From Acidobacteriota bacterium (GTDB lineage: Bacteria; Acidobacteriota; Vicinamibacteria; Vicinamibacterales; JAFNAJ01): 64,000 bases of DNA. Shown piece after piece: positions 1 through 8,821 of the stretch; the first letter of the stretch is position 1, and each line of letters opens with the position of its first letter. The stretch is from contig JAHDVP010000005.1 in the NCBI GenBank assembly GCA_023384575.1, positions 66,531 to 130,530 on the forward strand, read 5' to 3'. The translations under genes were made by a program, and so were the position numbers. The notes under the pieces are model-generated. The model made no database searches and was not told the DNA's origin. It saw only the letters and a list, made by a program, of their open reading frames with translations.

Positions 1-554
1 CCGGCGCCGAGGGCGAAGCCGACGCGCCGTGGCCGGAGAACATCGTCGACACCGTCGTTGGCGTGTGGCAGCAGTGGCAGCAGGCCCCGCGTCTGCCACG
101 CCCGGTGCTCGAGACCGTCGAGGGCCGGTTCGAACAGGCGCTGGCAGCGGTCCTCGCGTCGTCGCCGGATCGCTTCCGCGGCACGCGTCTCGACGTGGCC
201 GCGAGCCGGCGGCGGATGGAGCAGTTGTGCGTGCAGGTCGAGTCGTACGTGGCCGGCCGCGTGACGACCTCCGACCTGGCGGCGGCACCGGCGACCACGC
301 TGGCCGCGATGCTCAAGGACGCACTCGCGGCCAATACGATCGGCGGACGGGTCGACGAAGAGGCCAAATGGCGCGCGGCCGTGGCGGCCGTGCGTGAGGC
401 CCAGTCGGCGTGGCGCCGGCTCGGGCCCGTGCCCGGGGCGGACGGCCGCGCGCTCGCGCAGCGCTTCGAGCGGGCCTGTCGTCGCTTCTTCGACCTGCGG
501 GCGCCAGGGACGGCGCCCGCATCGCAAGGGCGGGAGAAGCCGACCCACGCCTGA
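1..554 (+). CDS. DUF349-like repeat protein, C-terminal part (5-prime end outside window)
   Basis: Frame-3 reading frame is open to position 3, with stop at 552-554. Carries the W..lGpvP....L..RF..aC..FF signature (AQSAWRRLGPVPGADGRALAQRFERACRRFFD) typical of DUF349 repeats. Confidence 0.5.
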   Translation, partial: GAEGEADAPWPENIVDTVVGVWQQWQQAPRLPRPVLETVEGRFEQALAAVLASSPDRFRGTRLDVAASRRRMEQLCVQVESYVAGRVTTSDLAAAPATTLAAMLKDALAANTIGGRVDEEAKWRAAVAAVREAQSAWRRLGPVPGADGRALAQRFERACRRFFDLRAPGTAPASQGREKPTHA

Positions 555-645
555 CGAGGCCCTGCCTCGGACCGTCGAGAACGTGGAACGCGGGGCCTCG
601 CATCCAATCCCGGCCGTCGACGCGCCTGCGGGCGCCAGGGCCCGC

Positions 646-2592
646 CTATTTCTCGTGGCTGTCCTCGAGGTACGTGTAGCCCTGCAGGCCTTCCTCGTAG
701 AAGCGGAGCATGCGTCCGGACTCCTCGTACCCAAGACGTCCATCCCGCACGGCCGTCTCGACGTCGGTCCGTAGCTTGCCCACGAGCATCTCCGCGTCGA
801 ACTCCACGTAGTCGAGCACCTCCCGGACGGTGTCGCCCTTCACGACGGCGTCGAGCACGACACCGCCCTGTTCGTCGAGCCGCACGTGCACGGCGTGCGT
901 GTCGCCGAAGAGATTGTGGAGGTCGCCGAGGATCTCCTGGTAGGCCCCGATCAGGAAGACGCCGAGGTAGTACGGCTCACCATCGAAGGGGTGCAGCGGC
1001 AGCGTCCGCTTGACGTCGCGCCGGTCGATGAACTGATCGATCTTGCCGTCGGAATCGCACGTGATGTCGCCGAGCACCGCAAACGACGTCGGGCGCTGGT
1101 CGAGACGGTGAATCGGCACGACCGGGAACAACTGCTTGATCGCCCAGCTGTCGGGAATCGACTGGAAGAGCGAGAAGTTGCAGAAGTAGGTGTCCGACAG
1201 CGCCTCGTCGAGCCCCTGCAGGTCTTCGGGCACCTCGTCCATGTGCTGCACGAGGCGCTGCAGCTTCACGCAGATCGCCCAGTACAGGTTCTCGGCCTGG
1301 CATCGCTGGTCGAGCGGCAGATAGCCGGCGTTGAACAGGTTGAGCGCCATGTCGAGCGCCTGCTGCGCGTCGTGATAGCTCTCGAGGGCGTTGCGGACCG
1401 ACAGGTGGTTGTAGGTCTCGATCAGGTCGACGAGCGGCTGCTCGAGATCGTCCGACGCGGTGTCGGGCACCCGGCTCTCCTGGAAGGCCGACACGCCGAG
1501 CACGTTGAAGACGAGCACGCTGTGATAGGCGACCACGGCCCGGCCGCTCTCCGAGACGATCGTCGGATGCGGGACGCCTGCTTCGTCGCACACCGTCTGG
1601 ATGTGGTAGACGACGTCGTTGGCGTACTCCTCGAGCGTGTAGTTCATGCTCGACTCGAAGTTGGTCTGCGAGCCGTCGTAGTCGACGCCGAGGCCGCCGC
1701 CGACGTCGAGGTACTCGAGACCCGCCCCGAGCCTGGCCAGCTCGACGTAGATCCGGGCGGCTTCGTTCAGGGCCCCCTTCACGATGCGGATGTTCGGGAT
1801 CTGGCTGCCGAGGTGGAAGTGCAGCAGCTTGAGGCAGTCCTCCATGCCACGCCGCTTCAGCTCCTCGAGCCCCTGCAGGATCTCGGCGACCGTCAGCCCG
1901 AACTTGGAGCGGTAGCCGCCCGACGACTGCCAGCGGCCACCGCCGCGGGCGGCGAGCTTCACCCGCATGCCGATGGTCGGGCGGACGCCGACCTTCTCCG
2001 CGTACCTGAGGATCAGATCGAGTTCCGTGTACTTCTCCACGACCGGCATCACACGCCGGCCGATCTTCTGCGCGAGCATCGCCATCTCGATGAACTCGGC
2101 ATCCTTGAATCCGTTGCAGATGATCGGCGTGTCGTTCGAGGCCACGGCGGCGACGGCGAGCAGCTCCGGCTTCGACCCGGCCTCGAGGCCGAACTGGTAC
2201 GGCCGGCCGAAGTCGAGGATCTCCTCGACCACCTGGCGCTGCTGGTTGACCTTGATCGGGTAGACGCAGACGTACCGTCCCAAGTACTGGTGCTGTGCGA
2301 TGGCGTTGCGAAACGCGTCGTGGATGTCGCCGAGCCGGTGGCGGAGGATGTCGCTGAACCTGACCAGGATGGGCAGACCGATCCCGCGCAGCTGCAGCCG
2401 GTCGACGAGCTCCTTCAGATCGATGAACCGCTCGGCTTCTTTGGCCGGATGCACGCGCAGGTGTCCGTCGTCGCCTACTGAGAAGTAGCCCTTGCCCCAG
2501 CGCGCCACTTCGTAGAGTTCACTGGCGTCGACGACCGACCACGTGTCGGCGCCGGGAATGGGGTGACGACTGCGTCCGTTGACGATGCTCAT
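646..2592 (-). CDS. speA: biosynthetic arginine decarboxylase
   Basis: 648 aa from ATG at 2592; the track ORF extending to 2892 is an upstream extension overlapping the next gene. WSVVDASELYEVARWGKGYFSVGDDGHLRVHP and VYPIKVNQQRQVVEEIL match the SpeA N-terminus and PLP-binding region. Confidence 0.92.
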   Translation of the reverse strand: MSIVNGRSRHPIPGADTWSVVDASELYEVARWGKGYFSVGDDGHLRVHPAKEAERFIDLKELVDRLQLRGIGLPILVRFSDILRHRLGDIHDAFRNAIAQHQYLGRYVCVYPIKVNQQRQVVEEILDFGRPYQFGLEAGSKPELLAVAAVASNDTPIICNGFKDAEFIEMAMLAQKIGRRVMPVVEKYTELDLILRYAEKVGVRPTIGMRVKLAARGGGRWQSSGGYRSKFGLTVAEILQGLEELKRRGMEDCLKLLHFHLGSQIPNIRIVKGALNEAARIYVELARLGAGLEYLDVGGGLGVDYDGSQTNFESSMNYTLEEYANDVVYHIQTVCDEAGVPHPTIVSESGRAVVAYHSVLVFNVLGVSAFQESRVPDTASDDLEQPLVDLIETYNHLSVRNALESYHDAQQALDMALNLFNAGYLPLDQRCQAENLYWAICVKLQRLVQHMDEVPEDLQGLDEALSDTYFCNFSLFQSIPDSWAIKQLFPVVPIHRLDQRPTSFAVLGDITCDSDGKIDQFIDRRDVKRTLPLHPFDGEPYYLGVFLIGAYQEILGDLHNLFGDTHAVHVRLDEQGGVVLDAVVKGDTVREVLDYVEFDAEMLVGKLRTDVETAVRDGRLGYEESGRMLRFYEEGLQGYTYLEDSHEK

Positions 2593-2653
2593 TCCAGCCA
2601 TCATAACAAGACATCGACGGCCGGTACGGGCAGCATGGCACGTCAGCGGGATT

Positions 2654-2959
2654 TTACGCGGCGGGCGGATGAGGTCCTGCCGACTGCGCGGCGCGCTGCA
2701 CGCGAAACACGAAGGCGATGATCTCGGCCACGACCCGGTACAGCTCGGGAGGGATCTCGGTGTCGACATCCAGCCGGGCCAGCAGATCGACGAGCGTCCG
2801 GTCCTCGTGGATCGGGATCCCATGTTCGCGGGCGAGGGCCAGAATGCGATCGGCGAGGTGGCCATCGCCCCGCGCGACGAGTCGCGGCGCACGGTCGACC
2901 TGAGGATCGTACGACAGCGCGGCGGCCCTTCGCCGCGATCGCCGACCGCGCTCGCCCAT
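2654..2959 (-). CDS. stand-alone FlhB/YscU C-terminal-domain protein (YlqH/FlhX-like)
   Basis: 101 aa. LSYDPQVDRAPRLVARGDGHLADRILALAREHGIPIHEDRTLVDLL..EIPPELYRVVAEIIAFVFR matches the post-NPTH C-terminal subdomain of FlhB/EscU. It has no TM region and no NPTH motif. Confidence 0.75.
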   Translation of the reverse strand: MGERGRRSRRRAAALSYDPQVDRAPRLVARGDGHLADRILALAREHGIPIHEDRTLVDLLARLDVDTEIPPELYRVVAEIIAFVFRVQRAAQSAGPHPPAA

Positions 2960-2961
2960 GG

Positions 2962-4329
2962 TCAGACCCTCGCCGAGAACACGACGCCACCCGGGGGCGG
3001 CGTCTCGGCGTCCACATCGCTACGCTGGAATCGTCCAGGGTCGACGCCCAGCGTGGCAGCGACGTCGGTGAATCCCGACGCGCGAAGTCCGTCGACGAGC
3101 CCCGGCACGAGGGGCTCGACGAGTGCGTGAGCCGTGTCGCGTTCGACGAAGAGCGACACGCGCAGCTCGTGCCGATGCCAGCGCGCGTTCGCCTCGAGGA
3201 GCCCCAGCGGGCCAAGGGCGAGCGTGACCTGCACGACGTGGCCCGTCGCCGACTCGGGCTCGCCAGGCGCCGCGCCGTCCCGCGAGAGTCGTACGCGAAC
3301 GGTCGTCCGGCCGTACGGCAGGTCGAGCGGCACGTCCAGGCGCAGCACGCCGTCCTTCACCCAGTGGTAAGCCAGTTCCACCTGACGCGCGAGCACGTGC
3401 TCGGTCAACCGCGCGTGCTCCCGGGTGACGGCGTCGGCCGCCGCCGCCGTCACGAGCTGGGCGGCGGGCTGGGCATCGAGCCGCCCCGTGGCCGACGGGC
3501 GAGGCTCGAGCGCCGGTCCCGGAGCGGAGGGCAGGCTTCGCCCGAGCATCGCCAGAAGGACCCTTGCATCACTGACGACCGCGTGGGGGAGCCCCGCACC
3601 CGGTGCCGAGGCTGCCGGCGCGCCGACCGCGGTCAGGGCGGTACGGAGGCGGGTCTCGAAGAGCCACCCGCCTTGCTCGGCGAACCGGCGCAACGCGACC
3701 GCCGTCAGACCGGCATCGGTCGAGCCGTCGAGCGGCCCCAGCCACTGCGCCAGGGCACGGCCGATCGCGGCGGTGTGTGGCGCGGTGCCGGGCTCGCCAC
3801 GCGTCGATGGCGCGATCGTCTCGAGCACCGCAGCCAGACCGGCTGCCGCAGTCGCCGGCGTGGCAACGCCCTGAGGAGCCGGCGGCGCCCCGTGGAGCAA
3901 GGCCAACAGCTGCTTCGTGAGCGCGGACATCGTCGCGGCCAGGCGGTCGGGCGGCAGAGCGAGGAGCGCACGCCAGACGGCCGTGCCGTCGACGGCGGGC
4001 ACCTCGCGTCGCGCCTGCCCCAGCACGGCTTCGGCGAACGCCCGTTCCGAGAACCGTGCGCTGCCCTGCAGCAGGCGGAGTTCCACGTCGGGCGCCGTGC
4101 GCACGACCTCGAGCTCCAGGATCTGGCCGGGCAGCAGTTGCACGGCGGGTCGTGCCAGAATCTGGCGCCCACCGACGTCCAGCCGCACGTCGCCGCTCGA
4201 CAGACGCTCGACCACGCGCGCGGTCAGACGCTCACCCGCGCTGAAGCCCGGCACGGCAGGCGTCGACGCCAGTGACGTCAGGAGCCGCAGCGTGGCCACG
4301 TCGATGTGCGGTACCTGCATGGTCAACAC
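2962..4329 (-). CDS. FliK-like (flagellar hook-length control C-terminal-domain-like) protein
   Basis: 455 aa from GTG 4329, or from ATG 4320. Ala/Pro-rich middle region. C-terminus LGPLGLLEANARWHRHELRVSLFVERDTAHALVEPLVPGLVDGLRASGF resembles the Flg_hook domain. Its stop lies 2 nt before the FlhB-like start. Confidence 0.55.
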   Translation of the reverse strand: MLTMQVPHIDVATLRLLTSLASTPAVPGFSAGERLTARVVERLSSGDVRLDVGGRQILARPAVQLLPGQILELEVVRTAPDVELRLLQGSARFSERAFAEAVLGQARREVPAVDGTAVWRALLALPPDRLAATMSALTKQLLALLHGAPPAPQGVATPATAAAGLAAVLETIAPSTRGEPGTAPHTAAIGRALAQWLGPLDGSTDAGLTAVALRRFAEQGGWLFETRLRTALTAVGAPAASAPGAGLPHAVVSDARVLLAMLGRSLPSAPGPALEPRPSATGRLDAQPAAQLVTAAAADAVTREHARLTEHVLARQVELAYHWVKDGVLRLDVPLDLPYGRTTVRVRLSRDGAAPGEPESATGHVVQVTLALGPLGLLEANARWHRHELRVSLFVERDTAHALVEPLVPGLVDGLRASGFTDVAATLGVDPGRFQRSDVDAETPPPGGVVFSARV

Positions 4330-4405
4330 ACCGGTCTCGCTGCCGATCGACCTCCAGCCGCAGCGAGGGACAGGGTCAGGATGCTATGCGAGCGATCGCC
4401 GGCGG

Positions 4406-4873
4406 TCAAGCAACGGCGCGGCCGGTCGCGACACGACCGTCGGCATCGACTTCGGCAAACGCCGCGCGCACGCGCCGCGACCGCAGCAGGTAGAGGTACC
4501 ACGCGAGGTGGTGGAGCAGCAGCAGGGTGAGCAGCGGGCCTTTCGTGCCGGGCAGGCGGTTGCTCGGGAAATACGGCGTGGCGAACGTCGCGACGAGGAC
4601 CAGGCTGGCCAGGACCAGCCAGAGCCGTGCGGCGCGCGGTGCGTGCGGGGTCCCGGCCCACAACGCTCGTCCGACGACGATGCCGAACCCGGTGACGGCG
4701 ACGCGTGCGGCGAGCAACGCGAAGGCCGGGAGACCGAAGCCAGCAAGACGTCCCAGCGACGAGGACGCGGTGAGCGCGAAGCTGACCGGCTCCCACACGA
4801 CCAGAAGGAACGCCAGGCACGCCACGAGTGGTCCAGGCGTCGGTGGCGTCGACCCGGAAGCGACTGCGTTCAT
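4406..4873 (-). CDS. hypothetical integral membrane protein (about 4 TM segments)
   Basis: ATG start, high third-position GC, four hydrophobic stretches (LVACLAFLLVVW, LPAFALLAARVAVTGFGIVV, LWLVLASLVLVATFA, LLTLLLLHHLAWYLYLL). Co-directional with flanking genes. Confidence 0.55.
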   Translation of the reverse strand: MNAVASGSTPPTPGPLVACLAFLLVVWEPVSFALTASSSLGRLAGFGLPAFALLAARVAVTGFGIVVGRALWAGTPHAPRAARLWLVLASLVLVATFATPYFPSNRLPGTKGPLLTLLLLHHLAWYLYLLRSRRVRAAFAEVDADGRVATGRAVA

Positions 4874-4922
4874 GCGGGCGCCTCGGCCAAGGCGGGTGCC
4901 GGCACGACGTCAGGCCGGGAAG

Positions 4923-5219
4923 CTACGCCGACCGTCTGGCCGACGATCGGAACGGCGGCAGGACCGGCGACCGGGGCCTGGTGGTCCGCGGGCGCATGTC
5001 GGCCCGCACGAAGGTGCCGTCGTCCGTCCGGGCGAGGAAGCGGGTGTCGACCAGGCGAGTCATCAGGGACCAGCATTCGGCGTCGGACAGGCCCCATACC
5101 CGGCACGCCTGCTCCGTGGTCAACTGCAGCCCCGGCAGCGCATGATACTCGCGCCGGATCCGCTCGAGGACTTCGTCGAACGTCAGGGCACGTCGAGGCG
5201 GTGTGGTGGGCATGGGCAC
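4923..5219 (-). CDS. small hypothetical protein, possibly winged-helix-like
   Basis: 98 aa from GTG 5219, or from ATG 5213. High GC3 codon pattern. LTTEQACRVWGLSDAECWSLMTRLVDTRFLARTDDGTFVR looks like helix-turn-helix plus wing. No family recognised. Confidence 0.4.
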   Translation of the reverse strand: MPMPTTPPRRALTFDEVLERIRREYHALPGLQLTTEQACRVWGLSDAECWSLMTRLVDTRFLARTDDGTFVRADMRPRTTRPRSPVLPPFRSSARRSA

Positions 5220-5285
5220 CTCTCTTCACGGGGACGGCTCCGACGGCTCGTCGTCGCAGAACCTCACCGCAATGAGCCGGGCTCA

Positions 5286-5305
5286 GGACATTCGAATGCA
5301 TGTCC
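5286..5305. promoter_or_regulatory. AT-rich nested palindrome (candidate operator) in divergent intergenic region
   Basis: GGACAT-N8-ATGTCC (5286-5291 / 5300-5305) enclosing the perfect 10-bp palindrome CATTCGAATG (5289-5298). Stands out as a local AT-rich patch in a GC-rich spacer. Confidence 0.3.
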
Positions 5306-5379
5306 GATGCCAAGCGCGTCGTGACGTTGGACGGCTCGCGACCGACCTGCGGCGGACCGGATGCCGGCGGACCGCCGAC

Positions 5380-5418
5380 CCGGCACGGCGGCGTGCCGGA
5401 GCGCCGGCGCACTATAAT
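5380..5418 (+). promoter_or_regulatory. candidate promoter for the molybdoenzyme operon: inverted repeat over the -35 region plus perfect TATAAT
   Basis: CCGGCAC-N6-GTGCCGG (5380-5399), then TATAAT at 5413-5418, 37 nt upstream of ATG 5455. GGAGGG Shine-Dalgarno at 5440-5445. No good -35 hexamer seen. Confidence 0.3.
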
Positions 5419-5454
5419 CGCGAAGGTCTGGCCCCGGAAGGAGGGCGTCTCTCC

Positions 5455-7563
5455 ATGCCCAGTGTCGGCGTCTCGGTACCTCGCTCGGACGGTTGGGGGA
5501 AGGTCACCGGTCGGGCGCGGTACGTCGACGACCTCGTGTTTCCGGGCATGCTGTTCGGCCGGACCGTCCGCTCGCGCGTCGCGGCCGGCCGCGTGGCGGC
5601 GGTGCGTGTCGAGAATCCGCCGCCAGGCCTCGTCGTCGTCGACCACCGAGACATCCCTGGGCGCAACGTCGTCGCCCTGATCGACGACGATCAGCCCAGC
5701 CTCGTCGTCGCCGAGGTCGGCCACGCCGAAGAGGCCGTGCTGTTGCTGGCGCACGCCGACCGCGAGCTGCTGTGGTCGGTGGACGTCGCGATTGACTACA
5801 CGCCGGCCACACCGCTGTTCAATCCGCGACAGTCTCGCCACGCGTTCAAACACATCCGTATCGACAAGGGCGACCTCGCCGCCGGCTTTCGAGCGGCCGA
5901 TCTCGTGGTGGAGGGACAGTACGCGACCGGTCACCAGGAGCAACTGTACATCGAGCCCAACGGCGTCGTCGCCGTACCCGGTGACGGCGGACTTACCGTG
6001 TACGGCTCGCTGCAGTGTCCCCACTACGTCCATCGCGCGCTCGTGGTCCTGCTCGGCTGGGCGGCCGAGCGGGTGCGGGTGGTCCAGGTGGAGACCGGCG
6101 GCGGATTTGGCGGCAAGGAGGATTACCCGTCGGTCATCGCGGGCCACGCCGCACTGCTCGCGCTGAAGGCGGGCCGGCCGGTGAAGCTGGTCTACGACCG
6201 GTCCGAGGACATGGCCGCGACGACCAAGCGCCACCCGTCCATCGTTCGCCATCGCACGGGGGTGACGAAGGAGGGACGCCTGACGGCGATGGAGATCGAC
6301 GTCCTGCTCGATGGCGGGGCGTACACGACGCTCAGCCCTGTCGTGCTGTCGCGAGGGGTGCTGCACGCAACGGGGCCGTACCGGTGCGATCACGTCCGCA
6401 TCGACGGACGAGCCGTGCGCACGAACACGCCCCCCAACGGAGCGTTTCGGGGCTTCGGTGCGCCGCAGACGCTGTTTGCCGCCGAGGTCCACATGGACCG
6501 GATCGCCGAGGCGCTTGGGATCTGTCCGGTGACGCTGCGCGAGCGGAACGTCTGGGCGCCTGGCGACACGACGGCGACCGGGCAGGTGCTCGGCGACGAT
6601 TGCAGCGCACGCGAGGTGCTGGCCGAGGCGGTGCGGCGGACGCGGTTCCGCGAGAAGCGGGCCCGTCTCGCTGGAAGCGGGCGCGGCATCGGATTGTCGC
6701 TCTTCTTCCACGGTTCGGGATTCACCGGCAGTGGCGAGGCCAAGCTGGCCTCGACGGCCGCGCTCGAGGTGACGTCGACCGGGGTAAGGGTGCTCGTGTC
6801 GAGCACCGAGATCGGACAGGGCACGCGCACGATGCTCGCGCAGATCGTGGCCCAGACGCTGGACCTGCCGTTTGACGCCGTCGATGTCGCGGAGGTCGAT
6901 ACGGACGTGGTGCCGGACAGCGGGCCGACGGTGGCCTCGCGCACGTGCATGATCGTCGGTCGGATCCTGCAGCGGGCGGCCGAGGGCCTTCGGGCGAGGC
7001 TCGGAGGCCTCTCGCCCGCGGAGCACTTCGCGCGCCACGGCCGCCTCGTGGTGACTGAAGCCTACGAGCGGCCGCCCGGCGTCGACTGGGACGACGAGCG
7101 CTTTCGAGGCGCGGCTTATGGTGCCTACGGATTCGCGTGCGATGTCGTCGAGATCGACGTCGACGCCGACACGGGCGAGGTGAGGCCGACGGCGTTCACC
7201 TCCGTCCACGACGTCGGTCGGGCGATCCACCCCGCCATGGTTCGCGGGCAGATCGAAGGAGGCAGCGCGCAGGGGCTGGGATACGCGCTGCTCGAGGAGG
7301 TCGTGATGAGCGGCGGCCGGATGGTCAACGCCCAACTGACCAACTACATCGTGCCGACCACGCTCGACACGCCGCCGATGGACGTGGCCGTGCTCGAGTA
7401 TCCCTACGCGCACGGACCCTACGGGGCCAAGGGCGTGGGAGAGATGCCGATTGACGGGCCGGCCCCCGCGGTGGTCAACGCCCTGCGTCACGCAGGCGTG
7501 GACCTGCGATCGATTCCCGCGACACCCGAGCGTGTCCTGGAGGCGGTATGCGCTTCACGCTGA
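5455..7563 (+). CDS. xanthine dehydrogenase / aldehyde oxidase family molybdopterin-binding large subunit
   Basis: 702 aa from ATG 5455, preceded by an SD. N-terminus VGVSVPRSDGWGKVTGRARYVDD, plus GGGFGGKE and AKGVGE motifs typical of the MoCo-binding subunit. Confidence 0.9.
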   Translation: MPSVGVSVPRSDGWGKVTGRARYVDDLVFPGMLFGRTVRSRVAAGRVAAVRVENPPPGLVVVDHRDIPGRNVVALIDDDQPSLVVAEVGHAEEAVLLLAHADRELLWSVDVAIDYTPATPLFNPRQSRHAFKHIRIDKGDLAAGFRAADLVVEGQYATGHQEQLYIEPNGVVAVPGDGGLTVYGSLQCPHYVHRALVVLLGWAAERVRVVQVETGGGFGGKEDYPSVIAGHAALLALKAGRPVKLVYDRSEDMAATTKRHPSIVRHRTGVTKEGRLTAMEIDVLLDGGAYTTLSPVVLSRGVLHATGPYRCDHVRIDGRAVRTNTPPNGAFRGFGAPQTLFAAEVHMDRIAEALGICPVTLRERNVWAPGDTTATGQVLGDDCSAREVLAEAVRRTRFREKRARLAGSGRGIGLSLFFHGSGFTGSGEAKLASTAALEVTSTGVRVLVSSTEIGQGTRTMLAQIVAQTLDLPFDAVDVAEVDTDVVPDSGPTVASRTCMIVGRILQRAAEGLRARLGGLSPAEHFARHGRLVVTEAYERPPGVDWDDERFRGAAYGAYGFACDVVEIDVDADTGEVRPTAFTSVHDVGRAIHPAMVRGQIEGGSAQGLGYALLEEVVMSGGRMVNAQLTNYIVPTTLDTPPMDVAVLEYPYAHGPYGAKGVGEMPIDGPAPAVVNALRHAGVDLRSIPATPERVLEAVCASR

Positions 7564-7997
7564 ACGGGCAGCCGGTCGAGTCGAGGGCCCCCGCGCTCAC
7601 GCGGCTGCTCGACGTCCTGCGCGAGGAGTTCGGACTGACCGGCACGAAGGAGGGCTGCGGCGAGGGTGAGTGCGGCGCGTGCAGCGTGCTGCTCGACGGG
7701 CTCGTCGTCAACGCCTGCCTCGTGCCAATCGCGCAGGTCGTCGGGTCGGCGGTGGTGACGATCGAGGGCCTGACCGGCGCCGGCGCGCTCCAGCGGGCCT
7801 TCGTCGCCGAGGTGGGTGCCCAGTGTGGCATCTGCACGCCCGGCATGGTCGTGGCGGCCAGCGTGCTGCCGCCGGGCGCCTCGCGCGACGACATGCGGCG
7901 GGCGCTCGCTGGTAACCTGTGCCGGTGCACCGGCTACGAGGCCATCTACAGGGCCATCGAGGCCGCGGGCCGGGGCACACCGGAGGCAGATCGATGA
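7548..7997 (+). CDS. (2Fe-2S)-binding small subunit of the molybdoenzyme
   Basis: 149 aa. Two cluster motifs, GCGEGECGACSV and CGICTPG...CRCTGY. Overlaps the large-subunit 3-prime end by 16 nt. Confidence 0.92.
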   Translation: MRFTLNGQPVESRAPALTRLLDVLREEFGLTGTKEGCGEGECGACSVLLDGLVVNACLVPIAQVVGSAVVTIEGLTGAGALQRAFVAEVGAQCGICTPGMVVAASVLPPGASRDDMRRALAGNLCRCTGYEAIYRAIEAAGRGTPEADR

Positions 7998-8821
7998 GCC
8001 GGTTTCCGGCGTCGACCTGCACCGTCATCCGGCCGCGCGACATCGAGCAGGCGCTTCGGTGGCTGCAGGAGGACCCGACGCTGACGCCCCTGGCCGGGTG
8101 TACCGACCTGTTCGTCCAGATGCACGCCGGCACGCTCGAGGCCCGGCGCTTCATCGATCTCTGGCCGCTCACCGAGTTGCGCGGGATCGCGGTGCACCGG
8201 GACCTGCTGGTCATCGGCGCCCTGACGACGTATCGTGAGATGGCCTCGTCGCGCCTCGTCGAGAGCTGGGTGCCCATGCTGGCTCAGGCATCGCGGCTCG
8301 TCGGGGGACCGCAGGTGCAGAACCGGGGCACGATTGGCGGCAACGTCGCCAACGCGTCGCCCGCGGGCGATACACTCCCCGTGCTCGCGGTCGCGGAGGC
8401 CGTCGTCGTCCTCGCCAGCGCCGACGGCACACGACGCGTCAGGTTCGCCGAGTTCTTCACCGGGTACCGGTCGACGGTGCGCGGCGCGCAGGAGCTCATC
8501 GCGGCCTTCGAGGTGCCCCGCATCCCCGGGCAGCAGTGGTTCCGGAAGGTGGGCACGCGCGCGGCGCAGGCGATCTCGAAGGTGGTGTTCGCCGGCGTGC
8601 GCGGTGAGCGCGTCGTTCGGGTCGCGCTCGGTTCGGTCGCGCCGACGGTCGTGCGGCTGCCGGCCACCGAGGCGACGCTCCTCGCGGCGTTGCCGATGAC
8701 GACGGCTGCGGAGAGCCTCGCGGCCGAGATCGCGCCCATCGACGACGCACGTTCAACGGCCGCGTACCGGCGGCAAGTGGCGCAGAACCTGCTGCGCCGT
8801 TTCTGGGCCGAGACCGCATGA
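7994..8821 (+). CDS. FAD-binding (CoxM/XdhB-like) medium subunit of the molybdoenzyme
   Basis: 275 aa from ATG 7994, in an ATGA overlap with the previous stop. GCTDL and RGTIGGNVANASPAGD motifs of the FAD_binding_5 / CO_deh_flav_C fold. Confidence 0.85.
   Translation: MSRFPASTCTVIRPRDIEQALRWLQEDPTLTPLAGCTDLFVQMHAGTLEARRFIDLWPLTELRGIAVHRDLLVIGALTTYREMASSRLVESWVPMLAQASRLVGGPQVQNRGTIGGNVANASPAGDTLPVLAVAEAVVVLASADGTRRVRFAEFFTGYRSTVRGAQELIAAFEVPRIPGQQWFRKVGTRAAQAISKVVFAGVRGERVVRVALGSVAPTVVRLPATEATLLAALPMTTAAESLAAEIAPIDDARSTAAYRRQVAQNLLRRFWAETA

Noticed and set aside
5306-5454. Possible Moco riboswitch in the leader of the molybdoenzyme operon.
   Set aside because: I could not recognise the conserved Moco-motif core or its stem architecture by eye. 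The candidate TATAAT would also leave only a ~30-nt leader. An Rfam cmscan (RF01055) would settle it.
4870-7491. 873-aa ORF antisense to the molybdoenzyme large subunit. Similar cases are 886-2481 (opposite speA), 27392-29113 (opposite the SBP), 50459-52708 (opposite the Lpt protein) and 53596-55110 (opposite rpoN).
   Set aside because: All are shadows of genes with strong family motifs. None has a signal, TM pattern or motif of its own.
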